From Antedon mediterranea (Eukaryota; Animalia; Echinodermata): a DNA stretch of 64,000 nt. The stretch lies in contig NC_092674.1 in the NCBI RefSeq assembly GCF_964355755.1, forward strand, positions 27,714,001 through 27,778,000. The letters are read 5' to 3'. Both the position numbers and the translations under genes were made by a program. The notes below the pieces were generated by a model that was not told the DNA's origin, ran no database searches, and saw only the letters and a program-made list of their open reading frames with translations. Positions 48,691 to 62,300 of the stretch are shown here, in pieces. How positions within the stretch are numbered: position 1 is the stretch's first letter; every line of letters begins with the position of its first letter.

Positions 48691-49632
48691 GTCTACTGTT
48701 AGGCCTACCAATCTGCCATCTAATACCTGTGCTATAAGAACATTTATTTCATAAGTTTATCTTTACGACATTCATGTTTGTTCTTTATATTTGTCTAATG
48801 TGAATCTTTGACCTGTGTTGTACTTCTATTGTATGTGTGATGACCCTTATTGCATTTATCTAAACAATCATGTTAAGTGTTTGATATTATTACTTTACAA
48901 TTATGATACGATACGGGGGCGAAGGGAAAAAATAGGCTAATAATCCTAATGATGTTTCATGCCTGCAATCGGAACAGCTTTTGTGTACATCTTCACTATA
49001 TAAATTATTGTTTGAACGAATTCATTATCAGGAAAGACCTATGACGTAGTGGTGTTTACTGTCGGAACATGATTAATCACAGAAATGAACAGGTAATTCA
49101 ACTTCTCTGAACGTAAGAAATATTGCCATACCGCCCTCTATAACTATTGGTAAAATGACCAGCCCAATTTCTTTTCATTTGGAATGATTCACTTGTCACA
49201 GTCGGTTGCAGATCTACATAAGTTTGTTCTGCTATTGTTGTTTTCTCCCGGGCCAACCAACCGGCTTTTGGACCTCAAAGATTTGTTAGGCAAAGTACCA
49301 AGTAAGATTATAACACACTTATGTATTATTGTAATGTTGAGTATAGTTTTGACTAGCAGGGACCATACAGCTGTGACCTGCACTGACTTACTTTACAGTG
49401 TAAGCAGGTACTTAGTACCTCCATGGTTACAGTACCAGGTGCTTGAGCCTAGCCTAGTAGGTGTGGTTTGTAAGCCTACAATTTGTCTCCAACTTTCTTG
49501 ACAAATTCAACTTTTTCTGCATTAGGTAGGCCCACTGTAATGCTTGTGTAATTTTAGAATTGTTACCGCCAGCTACCTTATTTCAAATAATTTTTTTTAA
49601 AAGTTTTTAATATTTTTATTTAGACCAAACAG

Positions 49633-50349
49633 ATGGCAGATTATACAGTATCAGAACTTGAGCATTTTCATGCAGATAGACGCAAGTTGCGCTCTATTCA
49701 CAACGGCCTTCCAAGTCCTGCACACAGTGCACATGGCGTGCTCATCCGAACGTCTCTCCGTAAACTTACAACTGACAAGAAAGCAATAAAGGTCCGATTT
49801 TATCGAAATGGTGATCGTCTCTTCAAAGGAATAACGTATGCAGTGTCGCCAGAAAGATTTAGAAATTTTGAGGCACTGTTGGCTGATCTTACACGCACAT
49901 TAGCTGACCAATCACATCTTCCACAGGGCGTGAGACAAATATTCACTGCAGATGGATCACGCCGAATTCACTCGCTGACCGAATTGCTTCCAGGTGAAAG
50001 CTATGTGTGCGCTTCGCAAGAGGTGTTTAAGAGAATAGACTATACAAAAATTAGCAACCAAACGTGGAGTCACGGTACGCCTCCACGCGAGAGTAAAAGT
50101 TTATACGAAAACCGGTCGTCATCTCCCGCTAACAGAGGGGTAGAAAGTGCGCAGGAAGATACTCGAACATTCATAAAACCTAAACTAGTAACGGTTATTA
50201 AAAGCGGTTCAAAGCCTCGTAAAGCAGCTCGTATTCTTCTGAACAAGAAAACCGCACATTCTTTTGATCAAGTTTTAACGGACATTACCGACGCAATCAA
50301 GTTGGATTCTGGAGCTGTTCGCAAACTTTACACAATCAACGGCAAACAG
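49633..50349 (+). CDS. DCLK: DCLK exon (DCX1 and most of DCX2)
   Basis: Acceptor tttag| ending at 49623, ATG at 49633, donor AAA CAG|gtacgt. Confidence 0.95.
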
Positions 50350-53300
50350 GTACGTACCGATAGCGTACTCTGCGTGAATCAGGAGTTCTAACTTGTGGTG
50401 CTCAACTTAACCCAGTGTTCTATATTAGTTGTTGTTTTTTATAATTTAGGTAGAGGAGAATGTTCCCGAAAACACTCTCTCGTGCCTAACAGCCGGGTCG
50501 GGCGAATCCCTCTTGATCTGTCCGTGTAATAGTATTCATGTTGTCTTGTTCTTAATGAAATGTCTATTCACCATTTTGAGTTTAATTATTCAATCTTTCA
50601 AATGCACAGCTGGATATAAATAAGATCAGTAAAGAGGTAGATTATCTACAAAAGACAATTACTAAGATATCGCAGTCAATCTAATTAAGGCAATTTAAGC
50701 TGAAAAGGGATTATGTTGATTAACCAAAACTAATTACAAATTAAATTTATGTGCTATGCAAAATCTAAAGTAAGCATGTCCACAAAATCTGCTTGTTCTA
50801 AAATACAGTATTAAAAAAAATGCTAATGTCAACTTTTTTTAATAAGTTTTTAAAGAAAATATCACAATGATGAGTTATTGAAATACTGTACTAAATTATT
50901 ATACAGTATTTATTCATATTGGATTCAATATAAACGTGATTCATATTTTATTGTTTTCACCTTGAATAAATTTGGAAATTGAAAAAAAATATGCATTCAA
51001 TGATAAACAGTATGAAACATAGTGTGATGGAAACTTGACATTAGATATGAGCACGTTGTCCATGGTAATCTGTTATCGACAGCCATACCGGATTTGGTTT
51101 GGTGCGGATAAAAAGTGAAAGTTTATTTTAGATACCGGTAATGTGCTCATAAATTATATAGCTACCACATCATGATCTCTGTTTTGAATCATAGAACATT
51201 TATATAAGGACAATTTATTCAATATAAATACTGTTGTATATGAATAAGTATACGCCAAGCAACCCTCCTGTGTACAAAATTTTGGAAAAATTAGGGTTGA
51301 GATTAATTATGTAATAGTTAATAATTATAATAATAATAATTTTCATGCAATGTACTGTAGGCCTACAGTAATAAATATTAATATTATACTGTAGATATAT
51401 TAGGTGGAAGTTCCATTGTTTTGAATACATTTTTTTTGTAGGTCACTTGTTTGCAGGATTTTTTCAAGGACGACGAGGTCTTTATTGCATATGGACAGGA
51501 AAGACATTCCCATGATGATTTCGATTTGGCAAACACTGGTATTTAATTTTACCTTAATTTATTAGCTGTTGTTTATAATTACCAATATTTGACAGTGCCA
51601 CCATAGCACTGAACTTAACTAAACTATATACAATATTGTTTACTGTCTTCACAGAATTCCACAACATTTCGGCGTACCGAAAGTCGGCGAGGCGGGACCG
51701 TGCGATGCTGAAAAGTCCTGCTCCAATGCGGCATAGTATGTCGCCAAGTAGCAACAGTAAGAAGTTCTATTCTTTAATTCTATTGAAAAACTAGTCAAGA
51801 GATATAACACAATATAACATTTAAACTAACTGTATGTTGGAACAAAAGAAAGTATAACAGTTCATAGTATAGCACCAATAACAACATTTTGCCACAGAAC
51901 GTATTTTACGAAAAATCATCCTTATTTATTATTTTGCAGTGAATGGTCGACCAAGCTCAGGTGCGAGAACCAAAACACCTGAACATCCATTCTCGCCTAA
52001 GCTTTACAGAAACGTCCAATCACGGATTGATAGCGGTCGTAAAGGATCCAAGTCAGCCAAAGAGGCCCTTGCAGAACGGAAGAGCTCCATAGATTCACAG
52101 GGGTCTCCAGTCATTGGCCGAGCGGCATCAGCAAAGGTACGATTAAAGTTTTGTTTATTATTTTAAGATTTTTATAAAAACTGGTAAATTTTCTTTCAAA
52201 GCAATTTTTATAGCAGTACTTTCTAGTAAGTAAGTTTCAGACCAGAACGTCACAATCTATCTATCTATTTATCTAGTCATAGTTCATCCATATGTTGAAT
52301 AAAGCCCTCCTCATAACATTTCCATTTCTGTCTAATTCTTGCTGTCCTAGTCCATGCAGCCGTTCCAATGTATGTTGTTAGATCATCTCTCCACCTTCTT
52401 TTTTGTCTTCCTCTTTTCCTCTTTCCTACCCTTGGTTGCCATTCTGTTAATTTGTATGTCCATCTATTATCTTGAAATCTTGCCACATGCCCAGCCCATC
52501 TCCATTTTGACTGTCTTACTTTCTCCATTATATCTGTAACAATAATAATAACATAAAATCAATTTTTCTCTAGTAGTAACAACCTAACTCACGACCTCAC
52601 TCGCGACCAAACTCGCGACCTAACTCGCGACCAAACTCGCGACCAAACTCGCGACCAAACTCGCGACCTAGCTCGCGACCTAACTCGCGACCTCCTCAAT
52701 GGTTTCCTCATACAGTATGTTATAATTAATGTCACTTCTATTAAAGTTACTACAGTAGTTTTTGTAATTACTAATTAATTATTTTGTAGTTATTTCAGAA
52801 ATATTTAAATTAATGTAATCGTCTCTTAAACCTTTTTACACAATATGTAGCTTTTTAATTTTTGTATGTGAACACACAAACGTTATTTAAATTCAATCAC
52901 TTGATTTTTCTTTGTGTGCATGTACTTTAATACAATATGAATTCTTTCAACATCGGAATTGATTTTTGCTGGATTTTTCTTTCTTTTCTTTTTCTTTATC
53001 TGAAATCAAACTCATTAATTTTCCTTTGTGTGTGAATGTACGTTAACATTACTGCAATGTTTGGACATTAAAGCACTATTTGAACGTGATTCATCATTCG
53101 CAGCGTCAACATAGAAATAATTATTATTTGCTCAGTGAAGCATGTCTCGACTAAACAAAGGCATGCTCTGTTGACACACGTTGCTACTATCGAGAAATTT
53201 AGTCATCGTTTTTGTTCCGGTTGTCTAATGAACCGGTTGTCCAGACGGAGGTTGAGTGCTCGCGATTGATTACGTACGTGGGCGCACACAAATCATTATT

Positions 53301-56300
53301 ATGACTCAAGAATTTATAACATTACGTTTTCGATGAGTATCAACAAATCCGTTTGCAAGTGTGTGAAAGGGTATGCACCAGTGACTGATGTTCATATGTA
53401 TATTAATACAAACAGGTCTTCAGCAATAAAAACCAAAATCAAGAAAACAAAACTAAATCACTAACATTTAAAAACTTTATAGATAAATAAATATGTCGAT
53501 CTTTGCCAAATTATTAATACTCATTGAATATATTATTGATGATGAATAAATTATTAATTGTCATAGATAAATGGTAATATTGTTGAATAAATTAATTACT
53601 CATGAATAAATTATTCAGAAGTCAATAAGACTAAAAATTTAATTTTGCTAAAACTATTATTGAAAATATTATTACTACGTATTAGGTTCCTATACAGTAT
53701 GACTGTTGCTTTTGCAGATTTATAAATTAATTAAATATTCATAATTAAACATTTCTTCTTGGTAATATTTAATTTTATAATAATAAAATGTAACACTTTC
53801 ATTAGTTGAATAAATTAGCTTCAATTTAAAATTAAATGCAATACTTTATTAGATAAATCATGTATAACACCACCAAAATTACGAGTATGAATCAATATCA
53901 TAAAACATTTAATTTAATATTTTAAATTAGCATTTTACCAGTTCGACAGTTTTGATGTAATTATAATAAAATAGGGCTACAAATTGTGTGTTTCTTCGAC
54001 AACATGAAATTCATAGTTTTTTGTTTGAGGGAAACTGGTATTAATAAATAACATTTTTATTAGATATAATATTATCTGTAGAAATTACAATATAATAAAT
54101 ACAGAATTCTAATAATAATTTACCATAGTTCACGCTTGAGCAGCTTTGAAATCAGAAGACGGGTCAGATAGAATGCCAATCAATATACTGTGTAATTCCG
54201 AATATTTAAAGCTTAATAGGACAGGCTGAGAAGAATCTATAATACTTTACAGATCATATCGTTACCATGCTCTTGCCGTTGGACATTTTTATTAACCTGC
54301 AAATGAATTCCTTAATGGCCGAGGACGAAAACGAGCTTGTCATGATTAGCGGCACAAACGGACATGAATTTTAACCAAAATAGATTTTGAAATTGTATTT
54401 TTAAACACTAGTTCAAATTTGTTCATTGAGAAAACATTGAATTTTATTGAATAGCCCCCTAAATAATTTGTAATAATTAAATCTTTTTAGACCTGATGAA
54501 AGATTTCCAGAAATCTTGCCATTTCCTTCATAAATCAAAAAACTTTTCATTTCCAAATATGTTATGCAAGAACATTAATTACAAAACTAATTGGATTATC
54601 TTAAACTTATAATCTATATTGATTATTTATAAATTATTTAAATGAAGAAGCTGAGAGACAAAGAACTATAAAGTAACTTCAAAACCTGCCATAGACAGCA
54701 TGAAATTTGATTAAGTAATTTGTAAGCGGTGTTGCATAATTTACAGCGTGTTTGACACAGATCACAGACACGTACGCGCAATCTACATATAATGCGCGAG
54801 AATATTGATTCATACGTGAGCTTTTACCTGCCGTTGTCAAATGCATCAGATTTTGCCAAGGCTATACCGAGGAATAAACATTTTTCCTTGTTTTTTTTGG
54901 CATTTTTATTAGCCCCAATTATAAAAAAAAATTGGTTTTAAAAGCTTGGAATTTCTCTATGGCTCTATATTTTAGGTTTTGGATTATACCTTTTGGTGTT
55001 GTGATTATTTCGCAATTTAAAAAAATATTTTTTACACTATTTTATGCTTTTTATTCACATACAGTTTAATTTTTGTTACTTCAAACAAGAATATCATTTT
55101 TGTTCTAACAAAAACGTAAAGAATGCATTAAGTATGGGTGCCAGAAAAAGCAAAAACCTACATTTGATTAATATATTTGTATTTTAATTTGTAATAATAG
55201 TTTTCAGTTGATCACATACAATTTCTCATTAAACACACATTATTGCATTCTTGCCTCATTTTTATATCATACCATAACACACATTAGTAATTCATATTAT
55301 GACTCATATAGTTGGCAACAGTATGACCCTAGACATGATAATATTTCAATACACCATACAGCCTTGATTGAGTACAACATGTATTTCTCGGAAAGCTATT
55401 TTCTCCGAACAAATTTCTACCTTTTTTTCAATACCACAAACCAATCTATTAATTCAATTGTTTTTTGTTATTGACAATGTTCTAGGAATTTTAAGTAAAA
55501 TAGATTTATTGACTCTCTTAAAATGTCTAAATGATCTAGAATCTTTCAATTTAGATGACCTGGGAACTAGTTTTAATTCATTTTGTGCGTTTGGTGGGTG
55601 GGGGAAGGGCAGTCTTGGAGGAGCGGAATGTGTTTACCCTCTCGAATCCTTTGTAGATTCTATGTCCAGGCAGGAGATATACTAATATGAAATAATGTTG
55701 TTAATAATAATGAACAATCAAATCACATATTCAATTCAATTCAATTTTTTTTTATTTCGGAAATATCATTCATAAGTTTATTAATATGATATTAATAAAC
55801 TTATGAACAGAAAAAGAAAACTCTTTGCAATCCTATACAGTACTATTAAGTATTTATTTTTTAGTTTAGTTGTACAGACATTTTAAAATCATTGTTATAT
55901 TCCTGATATCCTTGTACTGTACATACAGTATCTAGATTACTATTTTATACTAATGTTTTTTTGCGATAAAAAGGTAATAAGTCTAATAATTGTTAGAAAT
56001 GACAGCTTTTCATACCTTTTTCCTTGGCCTTTGGCAAATCATACTTTTTCCTGATTTCATTATCATAACAGACTCTATGTCTCAAAATGCTTTCATTATA
56101 ATTAAAAATAGTCCCAAGCTAGGGGTGATATTCTTTCTGTGTATAAATTTGAATTTAAAGATTTAACAAATATTGGCAATTTTAAAGTAAATCTATATAA
56201 AGCTATAGTACTTGACAAAAAAAGTTTGATGTGCGCAAATATGGAAGTGATATTCCCAAATATAGTAGTGGTATGACATCAACTAGGTCCATATATGGGC

Positions 56301-59300
56301 ACATCACATTAGAGCTTAACACCTTACTCTATTTAAAGATGTATTGTCCCCCTGAAAAAATAATTCTTAACAAAATTTTTGTTGATTATACATAATAGTT
56401 ATTCACTTTGACCAATAATTGGATCGAAAAAAAAATGTATTTACCTGAAAAAATATAATTAAATGCAAAAAAAAAATGGTCAAATGACTGCCAGCCAATG
56501 GATTTGTGGTTGAATTTAACCATTCATTATGTCATTTTTATATTAGTGAAAACATTAATTTTTTTCGTTATTTTTTTTTCTACTGAAGTGATTAACTTTA
56601 TTAAAACTACAAAATAACATATTCAAAGTCTGATTTAATTTATCTTCAGTTTTCATGTTTTTGGGAGACAATACATCTTTAAGAAACACTTCAGCAGCAC
56701 CAGGGCTGAAGGTAGCATGTGTCCCTATTTAGATTCAAAATTGAAAGCTGGACTGCTACATGATTGATATTGACTTCTCTATCTTGAAAGCTCTGTCTAC
56801 ACTATCAAACTTTGTGTGACAAAAAAAATGTGTGTGCCCATATGTGGACATGATGATGTAATATCACAACCATATTTGGGCACATCACACTTTTTTTGTC
56901 AAACTACAGACAGAGATTAATTGAGGGTCTATTTAATATTTGAAGAAGATTAATATTTTTCATTATTAGGAACTAATGAGGGTTGTTGGTCCCTATTTAG
57001 AATCACTTACAATTCCAGACAACAGGAGGAGGTGATACCTAATTTTGAGGTGGATTTTATTAAAAATGTTTTATATGCCTTATATCTGTGAATAATTTAC
57101 AGATTTTGTTCTTAAAGTTGTCTCGTCAAGTGTTTACCCTTCATATCCACAATCTGCTAATGGTTTATCATCATCAAATTACCTATACTCCCATCATCAG
57201 AATACATAATAAATATTCTCATATTAAAACATAAACGATTCCCCATTACACTGCCATATATCATCCTCTACATGAGTGAGTAAAATTATCATTTTACCCT
57301 ATCATTGTCCTCGCCTGTCAACTTTAATTAGCTTTGTTTTTTATTCTATAAACAGATGTATACTCGAGATGTAGGCTCCACCGTTAAATCGTTATAAATG
57401 TGTATATACTCAATTTACAATGTCGAGACTTGTGGTACGCATTTTGAGATTAACTTAAAATTCTAAAAATAAGTATTAAATTTATCACGGCTTATAAAAT
57501 CAATGATTCTGCTAAAGATTTGCATTGCATATAACTTGTTTCGAGTGTAATACCAAATATATATTAATATAGTTATATGAAAATTTTATACATTTTTGGA
57601 TTGTCAATCATATTATATTACAAATATGAGTTATTCTATAATAAATGTTGAAATATTTCAAATATTATGATAATCTAAAAAAGTATTAATATAAATATTA
57701 AAAAACAAGAATCTCTAGAGGTTTTTATTTTTTGGAGTAGCTATGTGCATGCGACGTGATGGCTAATTGCAGCTTACAATCCTATTAAGTGACCACGTTT
57801 AATTATATCCACCTTTTAATTTCATAGAAAATAATCCAGCAGTTCTTAGGTGTTTAATCTGGTTAGTGTGTCAACAAACATAATGGCAGGTGACTCATAA
57901 CCTGCCTCTATTTCACACACAATGTGTACATCTATCTAAAGCAGGTGTATTATTAGACTGACATCTTTAATTAACATCATAGTATATTCAACTCAGAAAC
58001 ATAATTAGGCAGCGTTCAATTTGCAATAGCCAAACTATGACCTATTTGTTTATTGTGCACATGTGGGAATATTGGGACGCGTGTCCTCACTCTACACCTT
58101 GACACATTTTTTTATCATTTCTTGGTTCAGACAACAACCAACAACACATCGATTGACCTAGGTTGGTCCTCGATCGTCCCAAATCAAAAGCTCCGTATTA
58201 TTATGGTAGTAGTTCTGCACTACATTCTTTTACTGATCTTCTATCGCATTAACGCTTTTAAATTATTTTAGATACAGCTTTACACACCTTTTGAAGTCTT
58301 TACATTCAAAATACAATTTTTCTCTTTCACAACTTCTTTGAAATATTAAAGTTGAAAGGTACAGAAGGAAGACAGATCTAAAAAATTAAGTTAATTCTGT
58401 AATTAATATTGCATTTAACATCTTTATACTTAATAGAGCAGAAATGATTAAAAATAGATCTTAATTGCACTCTGTTTATAATTCATATGTAATAGGGAAA
58501 TGGTCAGCTAAGATGATAAATTAGTCTCTTTTCTTAGTTTCTTTTATGATGACTCATTTTCAAGAATATACGACGAGCAAATAAGAATATGTTTACACCT
58601 CGTCTTTCAAATGTCATCTTGCATATGGCGTAAACATAAAACCTAAGATGGCCGGATGTTGTTAATGCTGTGTTTAATTTGTATCTTGTGTCACCTATTG
58701 AATATTTCTAATAACACAGGTACCTTTGAAATATTCCTGTGTGAGTAGAATATAGAATAATTTTTTCAACCTAGTTTTTTGTTTTTTTTATTTTGAATGT
58801 ATAGTCAGTGATGGGAATGGTAAAACCTCATCAAATATTATCTATACTTCACTAAAGTTCTTTCTACGCTATAAAAAAAAATGTGATGTGCCCATATATG
58901 GACATATGTCATATCACTACCATATTTAAGTATATCCCTACCATATTTAGGCACATGTCATCCTGTTTGATAGTGTAGACAGAGTTTATGGAGGTTATGA
59001 ATGGTTAAAAACCTCATCAAATATTATCTCTGCTTCACTAAGTCTACTGTCTATCTACACTATCAAGAAAATGTGATGTGCCCATATATGGACATGATGA
59101 TGTTATATTACTACCATATTTAAGTATATCACCACCATATTTAAGCATATCACTACCATATTTAGGCACATGTCGTCACGTTTTTTTTGTTAAACTAGTT
59201 TGATATAGTAGACAGAGCTTAAGTTTATGGAGGTAAAAGATATTGTTTTTCCCTCTATGCTAAGTTTTAATACTATAATCTATGGCAAGCTACTTCTAGG

Positions 59301-62300
59301 TATTATGGTAGACAAATAAAAAAATGTAATTCCTGGCTTTATGATTAGCTACTAAAAGTTACCACCACGATGTCGATATTTTTTTATATGGACTTATACC
59401 TTGTTTTTTCATAAAGCGTAAATAATCATAGACAAAGACCAATCTGAATCATCTATAGGGCTATGTACTGTATCTCACGATGTCAGGTGTTGAATTAATG
59501 TGTAATTTTATAGACACCTGCATTGATATTCAAATCAATATTGTAATTAACTATGTATTGTTTGCTTTCAAACCTGTCTTAATGGTATCATACCTCAACC
59601 ATGAATCTCTACATTAATGTTTTAATGTAGTTGTTTGCCTCGTATATCGGTACATTTCAGAAAATCAATGTTTTCTTTGTGGATGTAGCAAATTCAAACC
59701 TTGTTACTATTGAGGTCAAATGTTTCAATCTGCCCAGAAGACATGTCATGATGCATATTTATTTTAACATTATAAATTAACTAATTAATGTATATCAATT
59801 AAGTGTCATTTGCATTGAATTAATTCATTTTGAACACTTTATTTTTATTTTTTCAACTGCTAAATGTTGGTTCATCATTTGCATTTGAATACAATATTTA
59901 TTTTTATTTATTTGTTTTCCTTAGAAGAAAGACAGTAGTGACACCAGCTCAAGGTCATCATCACCTGGTGGTAGCAGTAAATATGGAGGTATTATAAAAT
60001 CATTACATATTATGAATAAGATATAATAATCCCATTGTACTATAGCTTGCTATTGGTGAACTACAAGCCAAATAAAAAGTATAAAAAGATTATGGATTTA
60101 GTTTTAACAATTCAATGAATACGATTGAATTATCTTTATTATCACGTAAATATGATAACATCTCCCCCAGTGCTTGCAGTACAGTACAATGTCTTAATCC
60201 AATTTAATACACAATTTGGCTCCACCATTCTACCTATTCAAGATTGTGCATATCTACAAGCCTACTAGATCTCTTAGATCAGGTGGCCAATGTCTGGGTG
60301 TCACGAAAGCCCAGACCACGAAAGCTCAGACCCCCTAAGACCTAAGATCACGAAAGCTAAGACCCAACACCTAAGATTACAAATATTTATCTTTCGCACC
60401 TGCCTTGTATTTTAACTCCTAACATTTATTCTGAATACCACACCTTAGAATTGGCACTTTCATGAAAAAGAATCACATAAAAAGTAACAAATACATTTTT
60501 AAATTGATGATTTTACAGACGTTTTTCTCGCACACAAAATGACTAGCCTACAGTACAGTAGGCTACCCCATGGGCCATGTTCAATGTTTTTGTTTCTATG
60601 GAACGTCAAAAGAGCAAAAATTATATAGAGGGCTGAAAACTCTGTGGAGTCCATCTACAGTGTGCATGGAACAATGTAAAATTAAAATTGTAATGATAAT
60701 AGTATAATCATGCAAGTACGAAGAAATAAATACTGGCAAATAAATTTTAATTTAAAAATCATGATAAGTTTTTTTGTTTCGTTTTCTTTCTGTTTTTATA
60801 CTTGTACTATTATTGTTGCTCTTTTGGCGCTCCATAGAAACAAAAACATTGAGCATGGGGAGCTCGAGGAGTTACATTACAGTATACAAAGAAACTCATC
60901 TGTAAAATCATCAATTTAAAGGATTTATTTATTTGTTATGTGTTTCTCCTTCTGAAAGTACTTATAAGTCCTAATTTTAATGTGTGGTGTTCAGGATAAA
61001 GTTAGTCAACAAATTTGGAGTCAAAATACAAGAAAGGCAGGTGCGTAAGAAAAACATCCTCTGAACCAACACAATGGAGTAAATATATACCAACAAACAA
61101 CCCGTCAAGTTTGTTTGTTGTAAAGAAAAAATATACATTTACTCAACGGGCGAAAATAATGTGAGTTTATCTATGTTTTGCGGTAGTATTAAATTATATT
61201 TATGGTAATAAATGAAACCTACTGTGTTTAGAATTATGTATGGATAAACAAGTATTGTTTTTAAGCTGTAGTACATCTTAGTATTTGTAATCTTAGGTGT
61301 TGGGTCTTAGCTTTCGTGATCTTAGGTCTTAGGGGGTCTGAGCTTTCGTGGTCTGAGCTTTCGTGACACCCGCCAATGTCTGCTAGTACTAGTAGTTCCT
61401 AAGACTAGGCCATCTATATTATGGTGGAAGAGCTTTGCTGTGGCAGTTCCAACTGTGTGGAATTTCTTAACGATTTAAACAAGCTTTTCATTTAAATTAT
61501 TGCCATCATCTATTTTAATTTATCTACAGCTCATTACCATTATTACTATCTTGCATTCAATATAACTTCTATTTATTAATGGGACACCTTCAGGTTCCAA
61601 CAAAATGCCACCTTAATAACAGGAGCCCCCATAATGTTATTGAAATATTACTCACATTTGAAGGGTGTCCCCGGAATAGCGATGTCAAAGAGCTTGTATA
61701 GTAACTTTTTTTTTCTAATTTTTGTTAGGGTCACAAAAGCTTAGAAAGACCAGCGTTCCATCAAGTATTGTGAGTGCTCACTCTCAAAACGACGTTGAAG
61801 AAAAGAGACCGAAGCAACTTGACCTGGATTCATCGTCCAACGACAATGAAAACACGCCTCCCGGCCTTCTGGAGAAGTACAGAATTGGACGCATCATAGG
61901 TGACGGAAACTTCGCTGTTGTCAAGGAATGCACTGACAGGTGAATTGTGGGATTGCACCCATAATGCTTATAGTTGCCTGCTTGCCTTTGTATTATGTAT
62001 GCTGAATATTTATTTATCGTTACTAAATATTATTTATTATCAAATATTATTTATGTTTATGTTATAAAGAATGTGAATTTTGTGCAATTGTTGTTATTCT
62101 TGCATGTTAATAATGCTTTGATTGATCGTATACATTAAAATATATATAATGTGCTGGTGCAATAAATACATAGCAATGTAATTCTATATTATATAATATT
62201 CATAATTCACCACATACTAATAATCCATTCAAGTATTCATGTTTATTTATTAAAATATTAAGACATACCCTAAAATTTTAAAACAATATTAACTTAATAC

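Noticed and set aside
54267-54374. Short [15 protein letters not shown]... in a DCLK intron
   Set aside because: Ends in a stop with no suitable donor and no recognisable homology.
54493-54522. CTGATGA followed by the hairpin AAGATTTC/GAAATCTT as a hammerhead
   Set aside because: The stem is followed by GCC rather than GAAA, so the core is incomplete.
59427-59465. CATAGAC...CTATG as another tiny footprint
   Set aside because: Arms are poorly complementary and there is no TSD.
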